A stretch of DNA of 64,000 nucleotides from the NCBI GenBank assembly GCA_963555995.3, contig OY821641.1, positions 3,648,001 to 3,712,000 on the forward strand, written 5' to 3'. This stretch comes from Vicinamibacteria bacterium. GTDB taxonomy: Bacteria; Acidobacteriota; Vicinamibacteria; Marinacidobacterales; Marinacidobacteraceae. The position numbers were made by a program, and so were the translations under genes. Shown in pieces: positions 1 to 8,513 of this stretch. The notes below the pieces were generated by a model, which saw only the letters and a list, made by a program, of their open reading frames with translations, was not told the DNA's origin and ran no database searches. The stretch's first letter is position 1. Each line of letters begins with the position of its first letter.

Positions 1-316
1 TGCGACCGAGGCATTGCCGCGGAGCAAGGGGGATCCGTTTTGCGAGCGTCTGAATGTCACTTGGCGCTTGGACAGGCCTTTCCGCGTGCCGCATCGCGCA
101 CCTCTGGTACCGTTGTCCGGCCCCGATCCTCGCCCTCTTGGCCGAACCTCCGTTTTGGCCGTATCTACACGAGCCGAGGCTCGACGCTCATCCCTGACGG
201 CATCCGCCGTAAACGCCAATTTCGGTACAGGCTGTTAGCGTCGCGCCCATGACGGGACATGGCGTGCTTCCTGCTGTAGTACCGTGTACGGAGGCGTAGC
301 GTTACGCAGGAGGGGA

Positions 317-2797
317 ATGAAAACAACAACTGACTATATTTCGGGCAAGCTCGTCGCGGCGACGCCTGAAGAAACTGATGCCGTCCAGGTCATGGCGCGA
401 GTCTTGGTAGAGGACTACGGCTATCCCAAATCCCAGATCGCTACGCATCCTCAGTGGCGAGTGAGTGCGTATCCATCGGACACAAAGAAGTCGTACCCTG
501 TCGATATCGCGGTCTTCACGGGGTCAAATTGGTCAGATGACACATTGACGATCATCGTTGAATGCAAAAAGAAGACACGAAGTGACGGACTTGACCAACT
601 CAAGACGTATCTTCGGTTGTCAGCCGCGAATCTGGGAGTTTGGTTTAACGGAGAACAGCGCGTCTTCATTCAAAAGAGACAGAAGGATGGACGCACGGAG
701 TTCTATGAGATTCCCAACATACCGCGTAACGGCGAGCGTGTGGAGGATATCGGGAAATACCGAAAAAAGGATCTGTCGGTACCTGTCAATCTAAAGGTTA
801 CGTTTCGATCCATCCGCAACTATCTCGCTGGCAGATCCGTGGGCGCTACGCGGGACGAGGTGTTTGCTCAAGAGATTATCAATCTCGTTTTCTGCAAAAT
901 CTACGACGAGCGATTCACCGAACCAGATGCCTTACTTACATTTCGCGCTGGCGCAGGGGAATCAAGCCGAGACGTGGCGGACCGTTTGCGCGCGCTCTTT
1001 CGAGTTGTCAAGACCAAATACTCCGAAGTGTTTTCCGATGGTGATGACTTGGCGTTGGACGACGGATCCATCGCATACATTGTGGGAGAGCTTCATCGCT
1101 TTGCTTTTACGGAGGCGAAGCGGGATGTGATCGCCGAGGCATTTGAAACATTTATTGGGCAAGCTCTGAAGGGCAGCCAAGGCCAGTTCTTTACTCCACG
1201 AAACGTCGTTCGGTTGTTGGTTGAAATCGTTGATCCCGAGCCGGACGACCAGATCATTGATCCAGCGTGTGGCTCCGGGGGATTCTTAGTGGAGTCTCTG
1301 CGGCATGTATGGACCAAGCTGGAGGCCGCGGGTAAGGACTACGGATGGACCGACAGCGCACTTGGCGAGGAGAAACAGAGCGTGGCGATTATGAACATCG
1401 CCGGTATTGATAAGGACTCGTTCTTGAGTCGTGTCACAAAGGCATACATGGCGATCGTAGGTGACGGCAAGGGCGGCATATTCTGCGAGGATAGTCTCGC
1501 CAGGCCGGAGGACTGGCAACCGAAGACCCAAAGTCGGATTGGCCTCGGCAGGTTTGATGTCCTGTTGACGAATCCCCCATTCGGCAAGAAGATTGTGGTG
1601 GACGGCGAGAGGGTTCTGGGGCAATACGACCTGGCGCGAAACTACAAGACGATGGGGGGCCACCTGGTTTCGACCACACTCCGGGAAACGCAACGACCTG
1701 ACATTCTGTTCATAGAACGGTCCATGCAGCTCTTGAAGCCAGGGGGCCGTATGGCCATCGTCCTTCCTGAGACGTTCTTCCACGCGCCCAGATCGAAGTA
1801 TGTGATGGGTTTCATGCAGCGGCACAACATCCAGTGGGTTGTTGATTTGCCGCACAATACGTTTAGGCCACACAACAACGCGAAATGCCTCGTCATTGTG
1901 CTTCAAAAGGACACAGAGCAACAGGAGACAATTGATATGGCCGTTGCCGAGGAAATGGGCCACGATCACCAGGGAAAGGACCTGTATCGTTATGACCGAA
2001 GTACGCATACGATAGACAAGACGCAGTTGTGGGACGATATTCGTCGGATCCTCGCTGAGCTAAAGGGCGGCGGTCCACGAACCTATACATTTACCGAAAC
2101 AGCGAGCCTGCTAGCAGCCGAGAACGTGTACGTGCCGCGGTACTATTGGAAGCAGTCTGCGAAGAACATAAGGAGCGAAGCGAAGAAGGCGGGGATGGAA
2201 CTGGTAGAGGTTCGTGAGCTGATCAGGGATGGCGCAATTCGGGGCTTTGACGGACACGGTTCGCCTTCGGCAAGCTATAAGGGAAAGGGTGAGGTTCCGT
2301 ACGTTCGAGTGGCGGATATTGTGAATTGGGAAATTTACAAGAATCCGACAGCACTTGTTCCCGAAAGGGTCTATAGGGAATACGTTAAGCCCGCAAAGGC
2401 ACTGCACGAGGGAGACGTACTGTTTGTTAGGAGAGGCAGTTACCGTATTGGTAGCGTGGCGATTGTATCGCCGTTGGATACTAAGTGTGTGCTAACGAGA
2501 GAAATCGTCGTTCTACGGATTCTCGACCGCAATAACGCATACGACATTGATCCGTTCTATCTCTTGTACTTGTTGTCTCACAATCTAGTACAAAGACAGG
2601 GCTTTACGAAGACGCTGATCGAAACGACGTTGCCGAATATGGGCGACAGATGGAAGGACTTGATGTTGCCGATCGCCAAAAGAAGATCCGAGAGGATCCG
2701 GATAGCGGCAGACATGAAGGCAGTGATTCAAAACAAGTGGAAGGCAATACGTGGTATCGCAGCGCTAAAGAGGAAGCATGGAGAACTAGTCACGTAA
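317..2797 (+). CDS. Single-polypeptide restriction-modification enzyme (HsdR N-terminal-like PD-(D/E)xK nuclease + N6-adenine MTase + C-terminal HsdS-like TRD; Type IIG-like)
   Basis: N-terminal VDIAVF...IIVECKK nuclease-like motif; GQFFTPRNVV, DPACGSGGFL (SAM binding) and NPPF (catalytic) motifs; HsdS-like C-terminus; SD AGGAGG before ATG 317; visibly lower GC than the rest of the window. Confidence 0.85.
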   Translation: MKTTTDYISGKLVAATPEETDAVQVMARVLVEDYGYPKSQIATHPQWRVSAYPSDTKKSYPVDIAVFTGSNWSDDTLTIIVECKKKTRSDGLDQLKTYLRLSAANLGVWFNGEQRVFIQKRQKDGRTEFYEIPNIPRNGERVEDIGKYRKKDLSVPVNLKVTFRSIRNYLAGRSVGATRDEVFAQEIINLVFCKIYDERFTEPDALLTFRAGAGESSRDVADRLRALFRVVKTKYSEVFSDGDDLALDDGSIAYIVGELHRFAFTEAKRDVIAEAFETFIGQALKGSQGQFFTPRNVVRLLVEIVDPEPDDQIIDPACGSGGFLVESLRHVWTKLEAAGKDYGWTDSALGEEKQSVAIMNIAGIDKDSFLSRVTKAYMAIVGDGKGGIFCEDSLARPEDWQPKTQSRIGLGRFDVLLTNPPFGKKIVVDGERVLGQYDLARNYKTMGGHLVSTTLRETQRPDILFIERSMQLLKPGGRMAIVLPETFFHAPRSKYVMGFMQRHNIQWVVDLPHNTFRPHNNAKCLVIVLQKDTEQQETIDMAVAEEMGHDHQGKDLYRYDRSTHTIDKTQLWDDIRRILAELKGGGPRTYTFTETASLLAAENVYVPRYYWKQSAKNIRSEAKKAGMELVEVRELIRDGAIRGFDGHGSPSASYKGKGEVPYVRVADIVNWEIYKNPTALVPERVYREYVKPAKALHEGDVLFVRRGSYRIGSVAIVSPLDTKCVLTREIVVLRILDRNNAYDIDPFYLLYLLSHNLVQRQGFTKTLIETTLPNMGDRWKDLMLPIAKRRSERIRIAADMKAVIQNKWKAIRGIAALKRKHGELVT

Positions 2798-3251
2798 CGT
2801 GCGCACAGGCTGCGTATAGTCTTGTATGTAAGTTCCTTTCAGGCCGTGCCGTCTAACACGCCGCCGAGTTCGATCGGTGCAGAGGCGGTGGTTGGCGGGA
2901 TTCTCGGAGCATCGAGGCCGAAACTCGACGCGAACGAAAGCGACCGGTTCAAGCGACACCGCCAGACCACGGCGCATGGGTGATCGAGGGTCGCGGCTGC
3001 GGAGCCGCCTTGGGCGCGAAGCCGTGTCATCGGCCCCGGGTTCGCGCTCCCGAGAGGCCCGCCACCCATGAGAACGGAGTGTTGGCGTTCCGGGCGTTGC
3101 GCCATCCCGGGTGATGAGGTTCGCGCCGCCGCCCGCCGGCGGCGGGCTGTGCCGGCTGAAGCCGGCGTTCCAAACACCATGCGCCATGCGGACTCTCGGC
3201 GTCGCCGGAGCCGCCCTGTCACAGCACCTGGCTGTCCTGGCGCGGGCGGGT

Positions 3252-3420
3252 TCAGTTCGTGTTCGTGAACAGGAAGCCGAAGACCGCGATGAGGACAGTC
3301 ACCAGCAGGCCCATGGCGCCGAACAGGAGCCGCGTGTGGGCGGCGAGCACGGCCAGCTTGCGGTCGTGTGCGGCGACGGCCGCGGCGAGTGCGTCCGGTT
3401 TTCGGTCCCGTTCGGCTCCG
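3252..3420 (-). pseudogene. 5'-truncated fragment of a coiled-coil + C-terminal TM protein (same type as 7288-7662)
   Basis: Minus frame reads ...DALAAAVAAHDRKLAVLAAHTRLLFGAMGLLVTVLIAVFGFLFTNTN*; no start codon upstream of the coiled-coil part before an in-frame stop inside the adjacent lower-GC gene. Confidence 0.45.
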
Positions 3421-3434
3421 CGATAATGGTGAGA

Positions 3435-3743
3435 ATGAACAACCTCAAGCTCAAAATCTTAGAACGCGCTTACGCCGACCCCGGCTTGACCGTAGGGGGG
3501 CTGGCCGACTGCATCAGCCGTGGGCCGAAGACTGAACAAGAGGTCCAGTATCTGGTAGATAAGGGATACCTGCTCAACGACAATGGCCTTGGCCTGTCGA
3601 ATAAGGGCTTCGCTCGTATCGATTCGGCGAGCTTTAGAAATCGGGCGATGCGAGTCGGCAAGTGCGTGCTGAGGACTGGTCTATCCGTCGTCGCAGTGTT
3701 GATCGGCAACTGGCTCTGGCACCTGATGCAATCCTCCCTCTAG
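3435..3743 (+). CDS. Small hypothetical protein, winged-helix-like N-terminus with C-terminal hydrophobic helix
   Basis: MNNLKLKILERAY...VQYLVDKGYL...LSNKG (wHTH-like pattern) then GLSVVAVLIGNWLWHL; lower-GC segment. Confidence 0.55.
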   Translation: MNNLKLKILERAYADPGLTVGGLADCISRGPKTEQEVQYLVDKGYLLNDNGLGLSNKGFARIDSASFRNRAMRVGKCVLRTGLSVVAVLIGNWLWHLMQSSL

Positions 3744-4009
3744 TACATGGGGAGCAGTTCATCTGCTTCGCACCTCGTTTGCCTCTTCGGACGGCACCGG
3801 AACTGATCTCGGACCTGCCTGTGTAGCTTTCCGATCACCATCAGTTTGAGACGGAATGTGGAAAGTCGAAGCGAAGAGGAGTGCGGAGTGAGGCGGCGGC
3901 AGCGGAGCGTCGACCTATGGCTAGCATCGCCCGGGAGCGCGCAACCCGTGTTGATGGCGCCGCGCTATGGGGACGTGAGAGCCGCCGTCGCTCCTTGGGG
4001 GTGTGCGGT

Positions 4010-4144
4010 TTCGCCTCGCTGCGCTCGGCGATGCCGGCCGGAGGTCGGCGCTCCAAGCCGTGCGGGCCACCCGCGGCGCCGGAGCTATGCCCGTTCGCCT
4101 CGCTACGCTCGGCGATGCCGGCCGGAGGCCGGCGCTCCCAGCCG
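4010..4144. repeat. Two direct copies (84 bp apart) of a ~50-bp REP-like palindromic unit
   Basis: TTCGCCTCGCT(G/A)CGCTCGGCGATGCCGGCCGGAGG(T/C)CGGCGCTCC(A/C)AGCC at 4010 and 4094. Confidence 0.7.
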
Positions 4145-4226
4145 CCGTGCCGTGAGGGTTCGGAGCTACAGGCAGCGCGGCGCCCGTCGGGACATCCAGG
4201 CGCAGTCCGGGACTGCCGAGTTGGAG

Positions 4227-4257
4227 CGTTGACAAGATAGTCAACGGACGCAAGAAT
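4227..4257 (+). promoter_or_regulatory. Sigma70 promoter of the HTH-MTase with a palindromic operator overlapping the -35 box
   Basis: TTGACA (4229-4234), 17 nt, AAGAAT (4252-4257); perfect inverted repeat CGTTGAC-N6-GTCAACG (4227-4246); ATG 7 nt after the -10 with no SD. Confidence 0.65.
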
Positions 4258-4264
4258 CGCCCCC

Positions 4265-6772
4265 ATGGAGATCGGGGAGCTGCTGCGGGGGAGGCGGGAG
4301 GAAACGGGGGCCTCTCTCCGGTCCGTCGCCCAACAGACGAACGTGGACCCGGCGTACCTGTCACGGGTCGAGGGCGGCCGAGTCCAGCCCTCCGAGTCGT
4401 TGCTCCGGCGGCTCGCCCCGGTGTTGTCCCTCCGAGAGGACGAACTGCTCCTCGCCGCGGGCCGGATCCCGGAACCGCTCCGGACGACCTTCGCCCAGCG
4501 CCCGGCCCTCGCCTCGGCGGGGGTACGCGCCGCAGCGGCGCTCTGCGCCCAGCCGCCCGCCGGCGAATGGCCCCCCTTCGCCGTCGCGGGTCCCCGCGCC
4601 ATCGAAGACGACTTCCCCTTCGAGGCGATCAGCGAGATCGCGGAGATGGAGAGCTGGAGGAAGGAGATTTCCCGGCCCCCCTACCACGTCCACAAGTGGT
4701 GGGCGCGCCGGCTGGGCTCCGTGTTCCGGTCGGCGATCATCGCGGCGGCGGCTCCCCGGGGTTCCTCGGTCATGGAGCTGTTCCACGGGTCGGTGCGGTT
4801 TCCGGGGCTCACCGTGTTCGATCCCTTCATGGGCAGCGGCACGACCGTCGGCGAGGCGGTCAAGCTCGGCTGTTCCGCGATTGGCGGCGACATCAACCCC
4901 GTCGCCTATCGCGCCGTTCGCGTCGGGCTGGGGCGCCTTCCCGCGGACGAACTGGAGCACCAGTTCCGGGGGCTTGCCCGCAGCGTCGGCGGCAAGCTCC
5001 GGTCGCTCTACCGGACGACCGACAGCCTCGGGAACCCGGCGGACGCGCTCTACTTCTTCTGGGTGAAGCGGCTCCCCTGCCCGGAGTGCGGGGACGCGGT
5101 GGACCTCTTCTCCCGCTACGTCTTCGCCCAGCACGCGCTGCGCACGGCCCGCCGGGAGGTCCGCGCGGTCTGCCCGGAGTGCGGGGACCTGGTGCGGTGC
5201 CGGAACGACGCCAAGCGTGTTCACTGCGGCTGCGGCCACCGATTCGACCCGCAGCGCGGACCGGCAGCGCGAACGACGGCGCGGTGTCCCCGAGGTCACG
5301 AGTTCTCGATCGCGCGGGCGGCCGGCGCCCGGGACGCGCCTCCCGAGCACCGGATGTTCGCCAAGTTGGTGCTGCGGGCCGATGGCGCGAAGGAGTACCT
5401 CACCCCGACCTCCGACGACTTGGCGGCCTTCGACGACGCCCGGCGGCGGTTGCGCGAGAGCCCGCTTCCCGTCCCCGATGACCCCATCCCTCCGGGACAC
5501 AACACCGACCAGATCCTCCGCTACGGCTACCGGCGCTGGAGCCAGCTCTTCAACGAGCGTCAACTGCTCGCCCTGACCACGCTGGCGGACGCGATTCGAC
5601 GGCTACCCGGCGGCCCCGCCAAGGAAGCGCTGGCGGTGCTCTTCTCCGGCGCCCTCGAGTTCAACAACATGTTCGCCTCCTACAAGGGCGAGGGGACCGG
5701 CGCCGTCCGGCACATGTTCTCGCACCACATCCTGAAGCCCGAGAGGACACCGATCGAAGCGAACGTCTGGGGCACCACGCGAAGCTCGGGGGCCTTCTCG
5801 ACCCTCTTCCCGCGCCGGCTGCTGCGGGCCATCGAGTACCGGGCCGCGCCGTTCGAGCTCGCGGTCGAGAACGGGGCCGGGAAGGCCCGGTCACGGAAGG
5901 TCTTCGGCCTGAGCGCCCCCATGGACTCCGCGATCGCGGATCGCTATCCCGAGGGGGGACTGACCCCGGGAACGATCTACCTGCGCTGCGGAGATTCCTC
6001 GGCGACCGACATTCCGGACCGCAGCGTCCATCTCGTCGTCACCGACCCGCCGTTCTTCGACAACGTCCACGACTCGGAACTCGCGGACTTCTTCCACGCC
6101 TGGCAGCGTCTCTACTTCCCGGTGAACGGCGCCGAGCCGCTGACCACCCGGCACCCGCGCGAGGTCCAGGACCGCGACGCGGACACCTTCGCGAGCAAGC
6201 TGGCGGAGGTGTTCCGCGAGTGCCACCGCGTGCTTCGGGATGATGGCCTGATGGTCTTCAGCTACCACCATTCGCGGGAGACGGGGTGGACCAGTCTGGC
6301 GACGGCGCTGCGCGAGGGCGGGTTCGCCGTGGTCCGCTGCCATCCGGTGAAGTCGGAGATGTCGGTGGCCGCTCCGAAGACGCAGGCGCGCCAGCCGATT
6401 GATCTCGACGTGCTGATGGTCTGCCGCAAGGTCGAGATGGATTCCCGGGAGTTCATGGCGGCAGACGAGGCCCGGGAGCTGGCGGCGGCCGCGGCGGCGG
6501 GGCAGGCACGGCGCTTCGAGAGAGCCGGAAGGCGGCTCTCGCAGAGCGACACGAGGTTGATCTTCCGGAGTCAACTCCTGGTGCATCTCAGTCCGCGCCG
6601 TACTTCCCGGGAACTCGCCGCCGCCCTGACGGACGCCGGGGATGAGCTTGATGCCTTGGCCGACGCGGCGTGGTCGGCGCGGGCGCCATCCGGGGAGGGA
6701 CGGGACGCTGCCCTCCCGACGGCAGCCAGACCGCCGTCGCTCTTCGGTCAGGCCGTGCGGGCGGGAGTCTGA
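4265..6772 (+). CDS. XRE-type HTH fused to a Zn-ribbon-containing amino (probably adenine) DNA methyltransferase (COG1743/DUF1156-like)
   Basis: N-terminal IGELLRGRREETGASLRSVAQQTNVDPAYLSRVEGG (HTH_3-like); HKWWARRLG; FDPFMGSGTT (motif I); two CPECG Zn knuckles; TDPPFFDN (motif IV). Confidence 0.85.
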   Translation: MEIGELLRGRREETGASLRSVAQQTNVDPAYLSRVEGGRVQPSESLLRRLAPVLSLREDELLLAAGRIPEPLRTTFAQRPALASAGVRAAAALCAQPPAGEWPPFAVAGPRAIEDDFPFEAISEIAEMESWRKEISRPPYHVHKWWARRLGSVFRSAIIAAAAPRGSSVMELFHGSVRFPGLTVFDPFMGSGTTVGEAVKLGCSAIGGDINPVAYRAVRVGLGRLPADELEHQFRGLARSVGGKLRSLYRTTDSLGNPADALYFFWVKRLPCPECGDAVDLFSRYVFAQHALRTARREVRAVCPECGDLVRCRNDAKRVHCGCGHRFDPQRGPAARTTARCPRGHEFSIARAAGARDAPPEHRMFAKLVLRADGAKEYLTPTSDDLAAFDDARRRLRESPLPVPDDPIPPGHNTDQILRYGYRRWSQLFNERQLLALTTLADAIRRLPGGPAKEALAVLFSGALEFNNMFASYKGEGTGAVRHMFSHHILKPERTPIEANVWGTTRSSGAFSTLFPRRLLRAIEYRAAPFELAVENGAGKARSRKVFGLSAPMDSAIADRYPEGGLTPGTIYLRCGDSSATDIPDRSVHLVVTDPPFFDNVHDSELADFFHAWQRLYFPVNGAEPLTTRHPREVQDRDADTFASKLAEVFRECHRVLRDDGLMVFSYHHSRETGWTSLATALREGGFAVVRCHPVKSEMSVAAPKTQARQPIDLDVLMVCRKVEMDSREFMAADEARELAAAAAAGQARRFERAGRRLSQSDTRLIFRSQLLVHLSPRRTSRELAAALTDAGDELDALADAAWSARAPSGEGRDAALPTAARPPSLFGQAVRAGV

Positions 6773-6808
6773 GGCGGGCTCAGCTTCCGGCCGCGTCGGC
6801 CGGCTGCG

Positions 6809-7295
6809 ACATAAGCTCGGGCGGCGAGACGGGCTGAATCACACAAGTTCGGGCGGCGAGACGGGCTGAATCACACAAGTTCGGGCGGCGAGACGGGCTG
6901 AATCACACAAGTTCGGGCGGCGAGACGGGCTGAATCACACAAGCTCGGGCGCCGAGACGGGTCGAATCACACAAGCTCGGGGTGCGAGGCGGGCTGAATC
7001 ACATAAGTTCGTGGCGCGAGAAGGGCTGAATCACATAAGTTCAGGGGTGCGAGGAGGGCCGAATCACATAAGTTCAGGGTGCGAGGAGGGCCGAATCACA
7101 TAAGTTCGGGGTGCGAGGCAGGCTGAATCACATAAGTTCGGGGTGCGAGACGGGCCGAATCACATAAGTTCGGGGCGCGAGACGGGCTGAATCACACAAG
7201 CTCAGGGTGCGAGACGGGTCGAATCACACAAGCTCGGGGTGCGAGACGGGCTGAATCACACAAGCTCGGGCCGCGAGGCAGGCCGAATCACAAGC
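6809..7295. repeat. Tandem array of 32-bp units (14 full units plus partial units at both ends)
   Basis: GAATCACA cores at 6836, 6868, 6900, 6932, 6964, 6996, 7028, 7061, 7093, 7125, 7157, 7189, 7221, 7253, 7285; most common unit GAATCACA(C/T)AAG(T/C)TC-GGG(CG/GT)GCGAGACGGGCT. Confidence 0.95.
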
Positions 7296-7662
7296 GGGCC
7301 AGCACGAGACCGAGAATGGCGAATGCCAGGATCAGTGCCACGCCCATCAGGGCCAGCAACACCCACATCTGGGCGATGAGCTTGTCCAGCTTGTGGCCAT
7401 GTTCGTTCAGCCGATGGTCGATTTCGTCCAGTCGGCGGTCGATCTCGTCGAACCGGCGGGTCATGTCCGCCATCAGCGACTGAAACTGTGGCGTGATGGC
7501 GTCCGAGATCACGGTGTGCAACCGGATTCCCTCCGCGGAGGCGTAGGCGAGCGGATCCGGCCGCAACTCCTTATGGTCGAAGTGTGCGTGCCACTCCTGG
7601 TCAACGCGCCGCATTTCTATGACGATAGGACGCGCCTCTGCGGCAGCGGTCTTCCGAACCAT
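7288..7662 (-). CDS. Small coiled-coil protein with C-terminal transmembrane helix (DUF1640/CCDC90-like architecture)
   Basis: RRFDEIDRRLDEIDHRLNEHGHKLDKL heptads then MWVLLALMGVALILAFAILGLVLARL; start placed at ATG 7662 because the longer track ORF runs through REP repeats. Confidence 0.65.
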   Translation of the reverse strand: MVRKTAAAEARPIVIEMRRVDQEWHAHFDHKELRPDPLAYASAEGIRLHTVISDAITPQFQSLMADMTRRFDEIDRRLDEIDHRLNEHGHKLDKLIAQMWVLLALMGVALILAFAILGLVLARL

Positions 7663-7779
7663 GGACTCGGTGTGCGCGTCCGCAGTATAGGTGAGCGCCT
7701 CATCGGGACTGGCTCGCCGATCCCGGATATCGACCGCGGCCAAGAAAACTTCCGGCGTGGGTGCTGTGACGGTGGGTGA

Positions 7780-7841
7780 GGTTGCGCCGTGCGCGGCGCG
7801 GAGCGCCGCGCGTGCCGGTCTGGAGACCGGCGTTCCAAGCC
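7780..7841 (-). repeat. REP-like palindromic element (family 1), reverse orientation; degenerate second copy at ~7893-7922
   Basis: GCGCGTGCCGGTCTGGAGACCGGCGTTCCAAGCC, reverse complement of the copies at 20073, 44448 and 46646. Confidence 0.85.
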
Positions 7842-7982
7842 GGGCGTGCTGCCTCGCATGAGCAGGGTCACGACGTGCGCGGCCCGTTGGGCCGCGCGTG
7901 CCGGTCTGAAGACCGGCGGTCCCGGCCGGGCGTGCCACCGGGCCGTTAGCCCCGGTCTTCGCGCTCTCGCGCGAAGTTCCCT

Positions 7983-8513
7983 TCAGTCGGTGTAGGCGGC
8001 CGGGTCCGGGCCAAGGTCGCCCGGCGAGTCGGATTCGGCGGGCGTCGGCGACCCGCCTTCGACGAGGCTCTCGATGCGGGTGACCCGGTTCTGGACATCT
8101 TCCAGGTCCCTGCGGAGTTCGTCCACGTCGGCGCGGAGTTTGTTCACGTCGGCGCGGAGTTCGTTCACGTCGGCGCGGAGTTCGTTCACGTCGGCGCGGA
8201 GTTCCTTCACGTCCGCGCGGAGTTCGGCTATCGCGCGGTGGATCGGAGTCAACTCCTCCCGGAGAACCTCCCGAAACTCCACTCGCAGGTCGCCGATCTG
8301 GCGCTGCATGCCGAGCATCTGGCTCTGGATGCTGATCAGCATCGTGACCCCGATCGCCAGCATCGGAATCCACGAGCGCACCCCCTCGCGCCACCAGGCG
8401 CCGCGCGCTCCGTTTCGGTCACCGCCCACGGGGCCAGTGTAGGGCGCGGCCTGCGGCCCGGCAACCGATTCCTCGGCGGGGTCCTTCATCGAGTTCTTCA
8501 GTGCGGTGGACAT
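7983..8513 (-). CDS. Membrane-anchored coiled-coil protein with internal heptad repeat
   Basis: Hydrophobic segment WIPMLAIGVTMLISI followed by five ELRADV(N/K/D)-type heptads; SD AAGGAG upstream. Confidence 0.7.
   Translation of the reverse strand: MSTALKNSMKDPAEESVAGPQAAPYTGPVGGDRNGARGAWWREGVRSWIPMLAIGVTMLISIQSQMLGMQRQIGDLRVEFREVLREELTPIHRAIAELRADVKELRADVNELRADVNELRADVNKLRADVDELRRDLEDVQNRVTRIESLVEGGSPTPAESDSPGDLGPDPAAYTD
8112..8225. repeat. 21-bp coding tandem repeat (5 units plus a partial unit) encoding heptads
   Basis: GCGGAGTT at 8112, 8133, 8154, 8175, 8196, 8217. Confidence 0.9.

Noticed and set aside
2839-3222. Short ORFs between the R-M gene and the coiled-coil remnant
   Set aside because: No recognisable motif, several overlapping frames and partly REP-derived; cannot be supported as genes.
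6809-7295. CRISPR array or TIGR-like guide array
   Set aside because: The variable parts are point variants of one sequence (three units identical), not unique spacers; the unit is only 32 bp; no cas or Nop-domain gene is recognisable in the window.
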